A stretch of 64,000 nt of DNA from Schizochytrium sp. TIO01 (GCA_004764695.1 SMSO01000007.1:1867270-1931269); one strand, 5' to 3'. Positions 34,135 through 48,486 are shown, numbered from the stretch's first letter. Made by a program: numbers and translations. Notes: a model not told the origin generated them from the sequence alone.

Positions 34135-35511
34135 CTAAACGGGGGTCTTCACCTCAAGCTCTGGCTCTTGCGGAAGAAGCGCGGCCTGGGCACGGAGGTC
34201 AGTGAGAAGCTGGTGCTCGAAGGTACGGCGTTGGTCAAGGCTGTACTGGTTGATGTGGCCCAAGAGGTCGCCGTCCTCCGTGGGAAGACCGTCATTCGGG
34301 GCAGGCACTTCAGTGAAGTTGTAAAGCTTGCCAAAGCGCTGCTCAAAAAGGAATTTGGCCCTCGCCATGTGGAACTCACTTGTAATGAGTAAGATCTCCT
34401 TAGGGAAAGCACCAATAGTGCCCTGCTCAAGCATCTCCTTCACGTAGAGAGCGTTCTCAACAGTGGTGGTGGACTGGTTCTCAATGAAGACACGCGAGGC
34501 GTCAACGCCATAGGCACCAACAAGGGCCTCCTTCATGAGTTGGCTCTCGGTCAGAGCGATTTTCTCCACCACACCACCAGCAACGATAATTGGTACGCTG
34601 ACGTTCTCAGCAGCGAGAATGCGCTGGTACAGACTTGCTGCTGTCTCGACACGGTCTTCAAGAATCTTGGTCATGCTGCCATCCGGGTTCAACTGCTGGC
34701 CCAGGACCACAATCACTCTCTTGTCCACCTCGTCATCCTGCTGAGGCATCATCATCTTGTCTGTGCTATTTAGTTCCCCTCGCACCAGGTCTTCTTTGCC
34801 CTCTTCACAGGTCGTGGCCTTACTTCCAGTGCTTCTGGAGGCTTGGTCCAATTCGGGTTTGCTGCCCTCTCTCACAGTTCGGGTTTTGCTGCTCCTTGGA
34901 GTACCAGTACTACTACAAAGCCCCCTTTTGGATGTGCCTTGCAAGAATGCTGTTAATTCTCTTTTTGCTTCCAACCCTCCCAGAAGGAGACTGGCGTTTC
35001 CTCCCGAATTGCAGTTCGTGCTTTGCCGACGGGTGGTTTTGGCGCTGCGCTCCTGCCAGAAGAAGGTTTCGGGTTTGCTATTCTCGCGCCCTGGTCGGCT
35101 TCCAGCTCGCCCCAAAGGTGCCAGCGAGGTGTGACCGGCGTACGGGAATTCCGCTGCCGCTATTAGCCGCACATTCCGGCGTGCCTCCGCCCAGGAAGCA
35201 GTGTGTTTTACTGTTGAGTTCGCGCCGCTGCGTGCTGCTTTGAAGCAGCAGGAGCAGCAGCAGCCCGCAGCAGAGGCGGCGGTGGCAGTGCAGCCCGTGG
35301 GCCGAGATGAGTTCAAGACCGCCGCTGCCGGCCACGCTCTCAGCGCGAGCTTGCCAAGCCGCATCTTCTCAAGCTGGCGAAGGGGGTCTTGGCTGCCAAT
35401 CTCAAACAGGCCACCCAGAGCCGGCCAGGCACGGAGTTCTTTGACTCGTCCAATCGTGAAAGTGCAGAAGAGCCAAAGTAATGAACCATACTCAGGTATT
35501 ACGATTTCCAT
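34135..35511 (-). CDS. DUF218 / YdcF-ElyC-SanA family protein with long N-terminal extension
   Basis: VIVVLG..LEDRVETAASLY..IIVAGG..ESQLMKEAL..GV..IENQSTTTVENA..LLITSEFHMARAKFLF is the DUF218 motif series. The start is uncertain: ATG 35511, or ATG 35364 (MRLGKLALRAW.., presequence-like). Confidence 0.85.
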   Translation of the reverse strand: MEIVIPEYGSLLWLFCTFTIGRVKELRAWPALGGLFEIGSQDPLRQLEKMRLGKLALRAWPAAAVLNSSRPTGCTATAASAAGCCCSCCFKAARSGANSTVKHTASWAEARRNVRLIAAAEFPYAGHTSLAPLGRAGSRPGRENSKPETFFWQERSAKTTRRQSTNCNSGGNASLLLGGLEAKRELTAFLQGTSKRGLCSSTGTPRSSKTRTVREGSKPELDQASRSTGSKATTCEEGKEDLVRGELNSTDKMMMPQQDDEVDKRVIVVLGQQLNPDGSMTKILEDRVETAASLYQRILAAENVSVPIIVAGGVVEKIALTESQLMKEALVGAYGVDASRVFIENQSTTTVENALYVKEMLEQGTIGAFPKEILLITSEFHMARAKFLFEQRFGKLYNFTEVPAPNDGLPTEDGDLLGHINQYSLDQRRTFEHQLLTDLRAQAALLPQEPELEVKTPV

Positions 35512-38500
35512 TTTCTGTGGCTTCCTCTCTCTCTGTAAAAAGTACTTTATATATTATATATGCACATATACATAACTTTTGTTTTAAAAGAAATGAGTTT
35601 CAATGTCAACAATAATATATATATATATTATTATTTTTTCAATTGATGATGTTAATTTAATCAAAATAAAAATGTTAAAGTTGTTAGGTATAGGAGTAAC
35701 ATGAACTTACCACGACTTTTGTCATCTTTGCTGCGATCTCTTCAACAGCCACGAAGGGGAGGCACGAGCGCAGCAGACGCCACGTCATTCGTTTGTTTTA
35801 GCTTCTTCAATATATCCGTGTCCCGTATGGGAGATCCTAATCTCACTCGGTAGAAGTCAGCACGTAAGAGGTAGTGAGTAACTAAGTGTTCAAGATTCGG
35901 GAGTTGAAAGGTCCAGCAAGAGCTGCGAACTTGCTTGCACTCGCGGATCTGGGAGGGAGGCAGGCCACACTCGTTGCATTTTCGGAGGGGTGTCGCGGAC
36001 GACGGGAATTTTCGCAGGAAATGTTGCGCGGAGGCCGCGAGGCAACGAGGGAGACCCTCATCTCAGCGCAGCGCTCGTCGCAGATTTCGCGCACGCGCCT
36101 GCAACCTTCTGTAATCGACGGCGCAGAGTTCCGCATCTAGCGCGCACCTTCCTGGCCTCACAGGCCGCCAGGTGTGGGAACGCTGCGGGGAACGCCCCGG
36201 CTCACAATCCTGCCCCGCAGCGCAACGCCTTCCGGAGCTGACTCAAGCTGAAGCCAACACAATGCGAAGCTGCAGCTTCTGACCCGTGAGGGCGCTGTGG
36301 GGTGTGCACACCCGCTCCCGGCTCTGGAGATGGTTGTCATGGAGGGTCGTTCGTGCCGTTTGATTGACCGCGATCGCCGGTGATGGATTGATTCATTCAT
36401 GCATTCTGAATATCCAAGCTGCCTGCACAGGCCACCGAAGCTCGTCCCGCGAGTACCTCAAGCTTTTAGAGCGAATCCTCGTTATTTAGTACATTTTCTC
36501 TCTTTCTCCCGATTTCATAGAAATTATAACCAGAAACCACAATACACCTAGTGCGAGCGATATACAAAACTCTAAGCCTAGTAGGTACGCAGACACATAG
36601 GTAGTACCTACCTACTTCCTTAATCTCTTATTTATTACTCAATTTATCACTTAACTCTCACTCTCATGACTCCTAAAACCATCGAAGGTCGCGAAAAAAT
36701 CAAAACCGTTCGATCGATCGATCACTTCGTTCATTCATTCATTCGATGACGATGACGGAGTCGAATCGATCGGCCAAACAGCAGTCAGTCGCGCTTTGGC
36801 CACTTTCGACCCCTCTCTCTCGAGCGGAAAACCGGCCTGAACGAGCCGAGTCAGGCCGACTGCACGCCCGTTTGCGCAGAAAGAAACCAACACACCAACG
36901 CGCTTCGTGACGTTGTTGACTGTTGTTGTTGCTGCCACGAGGGATTCGGAAGCTCGCGCTGCCGCGGGATCGAGGTCAGACCTTGTCAGGAATTACATCG
37001 TAGCCATTAATTACACTCACTTTCTCACTCTGGGTATACATATATATACATACATATATACATATATATACATATATAAGCGTACATACAAGTGATCATA
37101 TATATATAAATAAGAGATATGTATGTATGTATCTACGTATATCTTATGCTGCGGAGGCCTATTTGGGCGTAGGCCGTGCTAGGAGGACCTTGCTTTAGGG
37201 AAGAGAATGAGCGACCACTGTTCCACACGTTCCAGTTGGCTGAAAGATCGCGTGAAGAAAACCAACTCCAGGCTTGATGGGGATAGATTGAAGATAGATT
37301 GGTGGATTGATTGATTGATTGATAGATAGATAGATAGATAGATGGAGTCTGGCGATCGTGATTGATACGTCGCGACCGACACCCACGGCAGAGGTGAGTA
37401 GTTGGAGTGGACTCTGATTTGTAGAGACTCCTGTGGGTTTTAGGTGATAACATCGCCTGATTACTACATGCACTGTTTGCGCTGGCACGTTTTTTATTAA
37501 TTAATTAATTTGTTGGTTGTTTGTTTGTTTGTTTGTTTGTTTGTTGTTTGATTTATAAGGTGATGCACGTTCGTATTGACGAGAATTTGAGCAGTGCTAA
37601 CGATGATGGCGGCGTTGTACTGTTTGCAATAGCTAAGGAGCCTGCTCGAAGGGGGAAGCCACCGTCGGCCAGACACGAGCCGCGCTCGATCATCACCCGT
37701 CGTGCTCAGCGCATATTTTATTAACAGTTGCTGCAACGCCGTGGCCTTTCAGCAGTGCTGTAGACGGCAAGGCGAGAGCACGGTTTGGTCTTTCAGGCTC
37801 TAATAGAAGAGAAGTCTTGGATTTTATCTCTTCGTTTGCACCCTAGACCTGGAGGTACACACTGCGGTAATAATTATGTAGGTTAGTCACGGTATTGGTA
37901 AATCTTACTACGATGCTCAACTTGAACTCAGATCGAAACCTTAATCCGTGGCCTTTTTGCAGAATAAAATCCTGAGTACCTACTTACTACTTCAATACCG
38001 AAGATATTCCTGGACGTGCTTCCGTAATACGAGAATTGTCATGCCCTGAAGCGTTGCAGAGTGCCTGTACGATCCACTTTAGCGCCCAGGAGGCGCCTTC
38101 CGGAAAAACCTTACTGAGACCATCGATGCGTGACTTTTCTGAGTGCGATCTCGGACCAGGACATACTAGCAACGCTTTTACACCCCAGCTCATCTCGAGC
38201 GAGCGAGGATGTCATAGGACTGATTCTTGATCGAAAACGCGTCATCCTACACTTGGCCTGTAGTCTATTGATGGCCAAATGGCAAATCATGCCAGCGTCG
38301 CAGAAAACAAAATCTGCACTCCGTATCACGAGTGGTTTGTACCTACTAAAGCCTGCGCCAAACGCCAATGATCAAACAGATGTATTGAACAGCAAAACCA
38401 TTAGCGTCTACATCCCGTGTAATTTAGTTGCACAGTAGCAGTTTTGTTGAGCTGGTCTCTCCAAAACGTTGGATTGTGAGTCAAAACAGGCTTTTGCAAA

Positions 38501-41500
38501 TTCATCAAATTTCTCGGATAGGATTCATTTTCATGGGCGCACCCTTCACCAGGCAGTCAGTCTACAGAAAATGATCTCAATGGACCTTGTTCGAGGGAGG
38601 CTGCCCGTCAATTGTTGATCGCATTTGAGCTTTTGGAACTTTTTGCTCGTTATCATTTCAAGTGTTTGTATTTTTCTGCTGCCTCTGAGATGAAGCCTGC
38701 AATATAGGATGGGTCCACGATATTAGACTGTCCTGGATCCTAGTCTACTCACATTAGAATTTAAAGAAGGGGTTTTCTATACACAGAGTTTTGGGAGCAC
38801 CTAGGTACTTCATCATTGCCAGAAGAATTTTTTGTGTTGCACAAAGACTACTTACAAAGCACAATGCTTCGTGAATTTAATAAGTGTCTGGAGTTGATTT
38901 CTTGATTTATTTGCTGGTATCAAAAACTTCATAATGAAAGACCTGCAAAAGCAATGTCAATAATGAGTGGACGCTATAGGACAGAATTTTCATCTGACTT
39001 TAAGCTGCGAAACCTGTTTGCAGCGAGTGAAAATCATAGAGTTCTGTAAGCTTCCGGCCCGGACCTTAAACCTATGTTTTATGAATGTTGTATTAATCAC
39101 GTACCAAAAACATTGTTCATGCAGTAAATCAATTCAAGGTATCAGCTTGCTATATCTTAAAGAACTAGTATAAAATGATGTTAATATATTCGAACCTCAT
39201 TCAATTTTTCTTCACGCATAATACCCCGTCACCGAGTTCCTAAAATGAAATGAAATGAAGAGACATTTCTTTACTTAATTTTAGAAAGCCAAATCACAGA
39301 GAATCTAGGTTTAAGCCAAACGCATTTTTTTAAAAGCGCAACATAAATGTAGAGGAATTAATTATCCCGGCGTGAGATATTCCGAAGCAAAACGAAGAGT
39401 ACTACGCACTTCAAGGATAGAATGGCATTTATAATTGCTAATATCATAGATGGTATGAAAGCTAGTATTGTGAATTTGGAGTCTATGCAATTGATGCACT
39501 GCTTACGATGTTTTAGTGAATTTCGTGTTCCATGGCGCAACCATAGTATTACATAAAATCTTCACTCTATTGTTTGTTTTGCGCTTAGTTTTACATATGA
39601 AGGGCTATATACAAAGGAGGAAAACAAAAAGATCATACTTTCTCTCCTGAAAGAGGGTTTCAGACTTCGGCGCATGCTTGGGATTGTTTCTTTCTTTTTC
39701 TTTTCTTTTTTTTTAATCCACCACACTAATTTGGAGAATCAATACTACAGTTCTCGTTTTAAAATCAATAGAATGTATGTGGCGCGAGCACCTATTCCAG
39801 TTCATATCGAGTCAAACTGATTAATTAATTGAGAGACGACAATGTCGAAAACATGTCACTCATTAGAAAATATAGAGTCTTCATGGTGCCCCATTTTTTT
39901 TGTGAACGGTGTGTTTGTATTGGTTTGTGCTTCAAATTGCACAAACGTTGATTACAATTTTCTTGTGACAGAATATTAATTTGCAATCAATATGCAGGAT
40001 CAGTCGCTATAATATGAAAATGAATCCTCTAGGCCATGTATTTTCCATTGAGTGCCCTCTTGACGATTTCCTTGAGTTTGCTATACCTACCTACTAAGCT
40101 CTGCATCTAATCTTCCTGTGGTTGATTAAGCAAGAACAAAAGAGACAATCGTGAGTTTGTATTGTTTCTCTCATTCATGTTCCATCGCTGCAAAGCTGTT
40201 TTAAGTTTCCACCATCTGGGGAGACCCCCGAAAGAAGCCACAAAGAGTTCTAAACATGGCCGTTTCTTACTTGGCGAGACCATACCAGAGACAACTGAAC
40301 TGGTAAAGTATATTTACAGTTTCTACAATAATAGAGTAATCTGTATATGTGCTCTCCATTAGAAAGAAACAAAATACGTTGCACATTGCAACTATTTCCC
40401 TGAGAAATAAAATACATAATAATTATAAGTGTAGAAGATCAGCACAAGCTTTGGGATTCGTTAAACATGAGTTCATGTTTGTCGTAATGCAATCAGTTCT
40501 TTTTAATCTTCAAGGGTCGTCTATTTACTAAAGATCAAAAGCCTGATATAGGTCCGTGGATTTTATGTCAACATACTTCTACAAAGTCTCAGAAGAAGCC
40601 GTTGAACGGGTCAGAGATGCACATTTTTCCATGTACAGTTGTCAGCCTCTAGCCTTGGAGACCAGAAGGACACAAAAATGGCAGACAGTCAGAATACATC
40701 GGACTGCCATACATTCGCTCCAGTTTGCTATTTGGTGAATGGAATTTGTGCATAAATCACGTAGTAGAGACTGTCTTGGACGTAACGGTGCGTTAGAATT
40801 CGTTATGTACACTACCCACCTTTCACTTATGAATACACTAAAACAGGTTTTGCTTTTCTTCGAAGAAGAGAGACACCAGCTCTTCTTCGATACAGTATCG
40901 AGCTTCTTATTTGATTAGTCCTAGTTAAAGTCAAAATGCCATTGAAGGAGCTGGAAAGATGCTACTCCTTCTTTGGCAACCTTGGAAGAGTACTTAAGTA
41001 TGGACCCATCTACTTCACGTCGGACAAAAGACATCCCTTGTGAGCGAACCCGTTAAGCTGATACTCAGATGGAAACCATGGCGAGACCACAAGAGCGGCA
41101 GGAAAGCACATTTTGGCACGACTGCTCACAACAACATGATACTGCCACGGCATTTGCGCAGGAGGTGGTAGAAGTTGCAGATGCACTTTTAAAAACTATA
41201 TTTTAAAGTTAATGTATTAATTTTAATTTTAATTTAAAAGAAAAACTAATTTAATGAATATTAAAACTTTAAAATATATATTATTTTTTTTTAATTTAGG
41301 ATCTTTATTTAAGAAAGAAAAAAATGTTGGCCTGAGGAAACATTGTTTTCTTTACATTTATAAACATTATTCATACATTTCACTATTTTTTTAAAAATCG
41401 TTAAATAACATATATACCGTGACGCCTAAAAACTTTTATTGATTAAATACCGAGTAGTGATAATCGCGTTCATTTAGTATTTGCTCTTGATTGCTTTTCT

Positions 41501-43234
41501 GGTTACTTTGGCTTTGCGTTTCAGGTTCATTTGTCAAATGAGCGTTCGACGTCAGGATTCATCTTTTCGAAAATGAATGCACCATGGAGGTAGCAATTGT
41601 ACTAGGACCTTATGATTCTGAACACGAGCACAAAGACTCCAAAGAAAATTTACAGAAGAAGAATGAGTTGTGGTTCTCAATACAAGTCTCACAAGTGCCG
41701 AGTCGACTCTGCGATTCGTCTCGAGAGTACTGCGCACAGTTTCCCTTTTGTTTCTCTTCGATCTATCCTCGCCGCTCAAAGTGGTACATACGCACCTGGA
41801 CATCTTCTACGCGTAGGTAGTGAGTTACCTATCGCCCCAGACGACAAGCGTCTTTAATATAGCTTACATTCTCACCTCGAGCAAGATAACACGACCCGAC
41901 GATGGAAACGTTGCAAGATCATTCTACAATAATGATGCAGCTTCGTGAAGCTAGATTTTGCATTTCTATAAAAGTGCTGTGCTCGGCACTAGGCCGGCCG
42001 TGTTTGACTTCAAGTTTGAACCTCGAGCTCTGGGAACCCAGAGTTGGCCATTGCCGGCGCCGTTCATACTGTAGTCACAAGAAGCAGCGAAATGCACGAC
42101 AAGCAGTCTTGCCCAGCAAAGATTCGCATGCGTTCCTGTCCGCAAACGAAGCACAATCGCATTCGCTGGCGCTTCTCCATCGAATGAACGAATCAGTGAA
42201 TACATCTGTCTACATACAATATCTCCCGCACTGCATTATATTCAGTTGCACCACATCTTTGTCAGGTACGGTTGTGTGAAAGCGCACAAGCGTACGAACG
42301 TACGAGCGTGCAAGCGCACTACAAGCAAGCAAGCAAGCAAGCAAACAGGCAGCGATGATGCTACTGTTGTCAACGAGCGTGCAAGGTTTTATGCGACTTG
42401 AGGCTCTTCAAGTTCGAGTCTATGCCTGCTCTTTTCAAGGCCTCCGTCAGTGCAAGCAAGACCCAGAGCCAGAACGCTGCAACCGCAGAGCGTCAGATTC
42501 CTCTGCAAATACAGGAACCAGCTCTGTTGCACGACAGGCTCTCTTTCCGCAGGATCGCCACTAGGCGGGCGACGTGGCCGTCCTGCTCATTGCCCAAGGA
42601 GCGAGCTGGGCCTTTCAATCTCGTTGCCTCTTTATAAGGATCTGCGAGACTATTCGGCTCAATTTAATTTGGTAGAAACGCCTTCACTATGATCAAAAAG
42701 TGAAAAATAATGACACCAGCCAGGCGGAACGAATGGAACGCCTGGAACGCTCAGAATGAACGGAACAGACTGAAGAGAACAGGGGAACAGAAGTGAAAGT
42801 TCAAACAAGCCTGACTGTGACTGAGAACTTGAACTTTCATCGAAGGACCTTGAGACGCAGCTCGTACGCGGAAGAGCCGTCGATAAACTCGCGGGAAGCC
42901 ATGCCCCTCCACATGAGCGCGTCTGTTTTGCTTGAGGCTGAGGGGCTGACACGAAGGAAGGTAAGGTGAGTTGAGGTGATGGCTGATGGACGAATGGATG
43001 GCGGACAAATTGAAGATGCCCGTGGCGACGGCTCACTTTGGCGGATTCCGCGTCGTGAGACCGACGAGAGAATTGCAGGGAGGTCCGAGAAGAAGAGGGC
43101 GGGACTGCGGAGTATCTGCGATGAACCAGCGGGCGAGCGAGCAAGCACCTGGAGAGGTTTCACGATGGCGAGGGCCTGAGGGGTTCTGGTTGTTCCTTAT
43201 GAATCCCAACAGATAACTAGAAAATTGCATGAAA

Positions 43235-43412
43235 GTTCTGAATTTCGAAATTCAAATTTTGGATTTGGGGATTTTGAATTTTGAATTTCGCAATTCAAAT
43301 TTTGGAGTTTGAATTTTGAATTTTGGATTTCGAATTTTGGATTTGGTGGAAACCTAGGAATTTGAAATTCAAGTTCAAATCCAAAACCAAAACCAAAACC
43401 AAAACCAAAATC
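43235..43412. repeat. Degenerate TTTTGAA/TTTGGA heptamer-like array with inverted copies, ending in (CCAAAA)n
   Basis: Direct reading. Confidence 0.75.
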
Positions 43413-46400
43413 GAAACGCGTTTTCATCCGCCGTCGCTCGCACAACTTTCTTCTGCATCGCCACTCTGCAGCGACCTCGGCGAATGACCTCGGGACGCCA
43501 GATCCTGCAAGCGGAGAAAGAGTCCCTTCACCAGACGCGGTCGCGGGCGACGCGGTCGCGTTTTCTCAAACCAGATCTGTGCTTCTGGTCTTGCTCCTCA
43601 TCCGTGGCTGTGGAGTTTCAAAAGGCTCTCCTTTTACGATCGATTGCCCAGTTTGAAATTTCAAGCTGGGACTGGGCATCTCCGCCTCTCAAAGCCGTTG
43701 TCCATGCGAGAGAAACCTGTTCGCTGGGCACCAGAAGATGAAGACTCCGCATTCGAGGCGAAGCTTGAGCAGCCAAGTGCTCGAGAGGACGCCTCGCGTG
43801 AAGCGTGAGGACAATGCGTCCCATCGTTTGTGCACTTTTTAAAATGCGCAATAATAAATGGAGTTTCAAAACATGTAATACCTAGGTCCCTACCCTTTTT
43901 ATTTGTTTCATTTTCCCTTTTAAAAAAATTAATAAAAAGAAATATAAAACATTTTCATTTTATTATTTTTTTAATTAATGAAAATTATAAATTAAAGCGC
44001 TTTTGAAAATATTCAAGAAAGAAAAAGCGAGCCCTAGTATTATTCTTGAAAAGGTTCCCTTTTCCCCCTTTTTTTTCCTTTTCTTTTCCTTTTCCCTTTT
44101 CCCCCTTTTTTTTCCTTTTCTTTTCCTTCCCTCTTTTTTAAATGTATCATTCGGTTGCTCAAAAGGCGGGTAATCCATACACCGCTTCTGGTATGTACCC
44201 TTTCCATACCAATTTGCCCAAATACTTTCTTTACAGTGTTGAAAGGAGCTTAGTATTAAAGGTTTAAAGGTTTAAAATAATAATTATTATTATTATCATC
44301 ATTATTACTATGACTATTATTATTGTTTTATTATTATGATTAAAAAGGGGAAACCAAAGCAGATGAAAACTCTTTCTTCAGGCAACTGCTAAGCGCAGTG
44401 TGCACAAGAAGGGAATAGCTCGGATACTTCACTTGCGCGGCGGGCCTACAGTAGGGCAAAGGGCGGAAGCAGTGGGGCATTCGGCGGATACTCTACTTGC
44501 AGCGGATCCCGTTCCCTTCGCTCCCTCCCCAGCAGCGCTGATTCGGTGCTCTGTCGTCGCTCATGGATTTGAATTAATCGAGCCGCTCTCAGAGCCGTCC
44601 TTCATATCTAAATCCTCCTCCTCCCGCTCGCCCAAGGCGCAGTTGAGCAAGCATCGGTTCAAGGCAAACCTTGGAGAGGCACGGGGCCGGCATTTGGAGA
44701 GCTGAGGAGCGAGATTTGCTGGCTGGCTGGCTGGCTGTTTGTCTGGCTGTGTTGGAGTACTGTCTCGCTTGCGAACGAGGCCCAGAAAGCCAACCCGAAG
44801 GACCAAAGCGCTGCACAAAAGGTTGGCGGGGCTCGCTGCGGCTTGGCTTGCGAACTAGCTCGTAAGCGAGGGCGTGGCTACGGTACACATCGAATCTGCT
44901 ATCCATGGGCTGGGCAGGACCTCGAAAGCGTGTGCACCGAGAGAGCCCTAGAACCTAGAACTGGTTCCGCCACGATCGGGTTCACCACCTTGAGGTAGTA
45001 TTGGAGAACTTGAAGCGGGCAGCAGCCCATTTCAATACCTAGAAGAGATCCCCGTGCCTAGAGACAACGTGCTTCGCCGCTGAGGAAATCTTTGGATCCA
45101 CAGAAACGCTCGGAAAAGGCAAAGCGGACTCTGAAGCATCGCCGTGAACCGCCGCTATATGATTTCTAATTGCGATTGGGATGTGGGCCGTGATTGCGAT
45201 CAGCAGCAATGTCTCGAGGGCGCTCGGGTAATCTGGGGCGATGAGCGCGATCGATCTGTAGATGATCTCAAGTTCGCTTCAGTCGTTGTATGGAACCTGC
45301 TGCAGTAATATCGCAAGTGGTCCTGGCCGAGGTGCAGACTCAGGCGGCTGTTGGAGTTGCGGAGGCGGAGCTTTGGGTCAAAACCCAGAGTCCATGTCTA
45401 CGATGGAAACTATTACTCAACTGGGATGCCGACGAAGCAAGCTGGTCGTGGTTTGCAGCGCAATTTATGGAAACAATGACTGCCTCGTCGTCGGTTTGGG
45501 GCGCACTAACCTTCGACTAGAAAGCAATCACAGGTCAACACGCTGCTGAGGCTAGGCATCGAATCACTGCCGCTGACGCAGATGGTATATATCTGTCATT
45601 CACCAGGAACCAGCGAGACGATTGCTTGTAAGTAGCACCTGCAGAACTTCCTTTCTTTCACAAACTGCGAGCTTGCTGTCAGCGTGTTACAATCCGTGGC
45701 AGCTGCTCAAGGGCAACCAGGTTGCAAAGAAGAACAAGAACAAGAAGAAGTTGCTGCTCAAGATCCGACGGTCTTGCTTGCTTCCTTGCGCTCCTTGAAT
45801 TCAACTGAGGCGTTGCCGAATTGCTTGCGAGCAGACATGCCACTGAGTAGCATGCACGCAATATTCTTGCGAAATCGACCGCCCAAGTCTCCTAGGTCTT
45901 GGAAAAAGTCCAGCGTAGGCCTTGAAACCCGCATATAACGCGCATAAATCCACGCAGACACCAAAGTTGATTGCCATGGAGATGAAGTTTGAGAGGGCCT
46001 ACAGAGATGGCAAATGTGGCGCAAAGTGCAAAGACTTTGCCACATCAATCAACTCCACACCGCATTCGCGGTTGCTGCAGCGGCATCTGCGTGTGGATGG
46101 GCTAGGGTGTTGCAGAGCTGGGAAGATGCGCAGAGGCCTAGTTTATCTTCCCCGAGCTGAGCGCAGATGACGCTGGTTCGTCAACACCGTGGAGGAAGGA
46201 AGGAAGTCCTCCTGCAAGCCCTACTCGCGGCTCTCGCACTAGGGTGCAATTCACAAAAACCCTTTTACTTGAGTTACAATAAACAAATTGTTATATAGAG
46301 AGTCGCCTGCCGTTTGTCCCACTGCCCGCCACTGCCCGCGCAAAGACGTGCCCGCCTACTCGCTTTCTGGACCCCTGGCCAAAATAGGTTTATAGATTCA

Positions 46401-46614
46401 CGGTTTTGCGAATTTGCAGTGAAGTTTGGGCGCCCGTCTGAGCTGTGTTCGCAGCACTGGAGCAACGATCGATTTTCTATTGGCTGCTGCATCAAAGCAA
46501 TATTTCGGCGATTCCTCCAAGGAGAGAGATTACGTCAGAATTGGAGATTACGTAACTCCACGAGAAGGAGCGATCGCGCGTGGCAAGCGAGGTAGGAGTC
46601 GAGCAGCAGCAATG

Positions 46615-46672
46615 GCAGCACTGGCAGCACTGGCAGCACTGGCAGCACTGGCAGCACTGGCAGCACTGGCAG
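46615..46672. repeat. (GCAGCACTG)n nonamer array
   Basis: About 6 perfect copies. Confidence 0.92.
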
Positions 46673-47325
46673 CAGCTCCAAAAGAGAAGACCTCCAGCTT
46701 ACCAAAGTGGTAGCCAAGTAGTGGAATCGCAGGGCCATTGTTCTAAGAGACACACCAAAACTGAATTAGATATTCGCCTCATCGCCAGGATCCCACACAT
46801 AGAGGGGCGCCGCAGATTGAGACCTGATCATCAAACAGCCCGGTTGGTCGATTCACTGTCCAGCCCAAGCTCCCGGCGCAGAGCTCAACGCGGCTACTGC
46901 TTCGACGTCGACCTGTTGGCACGACCCCTGAGCTGTGCAGTGGCGATATTTTATAAAAACAAAACATCATCATTTGGTCAATTACATTTGCCACAAAAGT
47001 AACTCGAATGTTAGTAGGTGGGATAAAGGCGTCCACCATTGCACTATGATGAAAGCAAAACCACAGGGATGGATTCTCCAATTCGATGTTCAGGCAGAGA
47101 GCAATCGAACGAATAGAGCTCGTCATTAGGCCTCAAGGAATACAGATTCGAGCAGGAAAGAGAACGGGAGTCAACCTGCTGAAGGGGCGCCAATCAGCGC
47201 GACCTGGGCGGAGCCGCTTGTATGATCCATGATTCATGCTGCTGTGTTGTGGAGGTCCTATTGTGCCTTTCGCGGTTTGACACGCCACAACACCAAAGAA
47301 GGCAATGTTGTAGAAGTGATAGTTC

Positions 47326-47373
47326 TTTTCTTTTCTTTTCTTTTCTTTTCTTTTCTTTTCTTTTCTTTTCTTT
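47326..47373. repeat. (TTTTC)n microsatellite
   Basis: Direct reading. Confidence 0.92.
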
Positions 47374-48371
47374 TTTCTTTCTTGATCAGTGGGGGTAAGA
47401 AGAAAAAGGCCATGAAGATTTGCATGCGCAATGCGTGCATCTTTGCATTCGCTCGTCCACGTGCCAATCTGGTACGCAATCAATGTTGTGGAGGACTTAG
47501 TAACTCGGGCCTTTTCGAAACCGTTTCCTCAGGATCCACGGACTGTACCATATCCACACAGCTTATCTCTGAGTAGGATCTACGTCATTCTCATTCTCAA
47601 ACTCGAGGGCTCTCGTTCTCATTTGTCTTTAATGTTTACTTTCTAGCAGCAGTTCGCTTTTTATTCCCAATGTGATATATCATATATGTTTAAAGTAAAG
47701 AGATTTTCCAATATAGTTAAAATTAATATAAAATAAAAATATATTATATTCTAGTATATGCAGTGGTATATTTATATACATGAAGAATAAAGACAACGCA
47801 GATATCAAAGAGAATATAAATTACATCTTCACCTTGTCTTACCAGAGATGCCCCCGTGTCTTTTATTGAGGCACCCAGTTTTCTTTGTCAACGTGAAAAC
47901 ATTTCGTCGCGGGTTTCTCTTTCTTTCGTGTTTTCTCTTCTTGAGTCTTCTTCTTCTTCATCTTCATCTTCTTCTTCTTCTTCTTTAGGCGCCGCTCTGG
48001 AGCCTCACCAGCAGCTTCGTTCGGCCCCTGAGCTCAGCGCCGACCGCACGTCGTCGCTGCGGCTCCCTCGCGATGGGTGCCTTCGCTCGCCCTCTTTCGG
48101 CGTGGGTGGCTGCCGCCTCGTGGTCTCTTTGTTTCTGTTTCTTCATTTCTTTGTTTCTTCATTTCTTTCTATGTTGATTGTCATGAAAGAGACTCATTTA
48201 GAATAGATGCTCGAGCGAGCTACATCGATCCATCGATCTGTAGAGAATAGATCAACGACCAGCTCATCGACATTCTTAGATTAGAACAAGAGCGAAGCAG
48301 ACTCATTCATATATAGAGAGAGAGGCCCCTGTCGCGCGCTGTGCTGGAGCTGCTTTTCAGCATTTCATCAA

Positions 48372-48486
48372 CAAAAGCCAAAAGCTAAAATCCAAAAGCT
48401 AAAAGCCAAAAGCCAAAAGCCAAAAGCCAACAGAAATGAACAGCGACGATGAATGGATGAATGAATGAATGAATGAATGAATGAAT
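48372..48486. repeat. (AAAAGCC)n followed by (GAAT)n
   Basis: Direct reading. Confidence 0.85.

Noticed and set aside
45200-45270. Minus-strand LQIDRAHRPRLPERPRDI resembling a LINE ORF1 IDRAHR..PR motif
   Set aside because: Only about 18 aa, flanked by stops, with no endonuclease or RT motifs nearby; could be chance.
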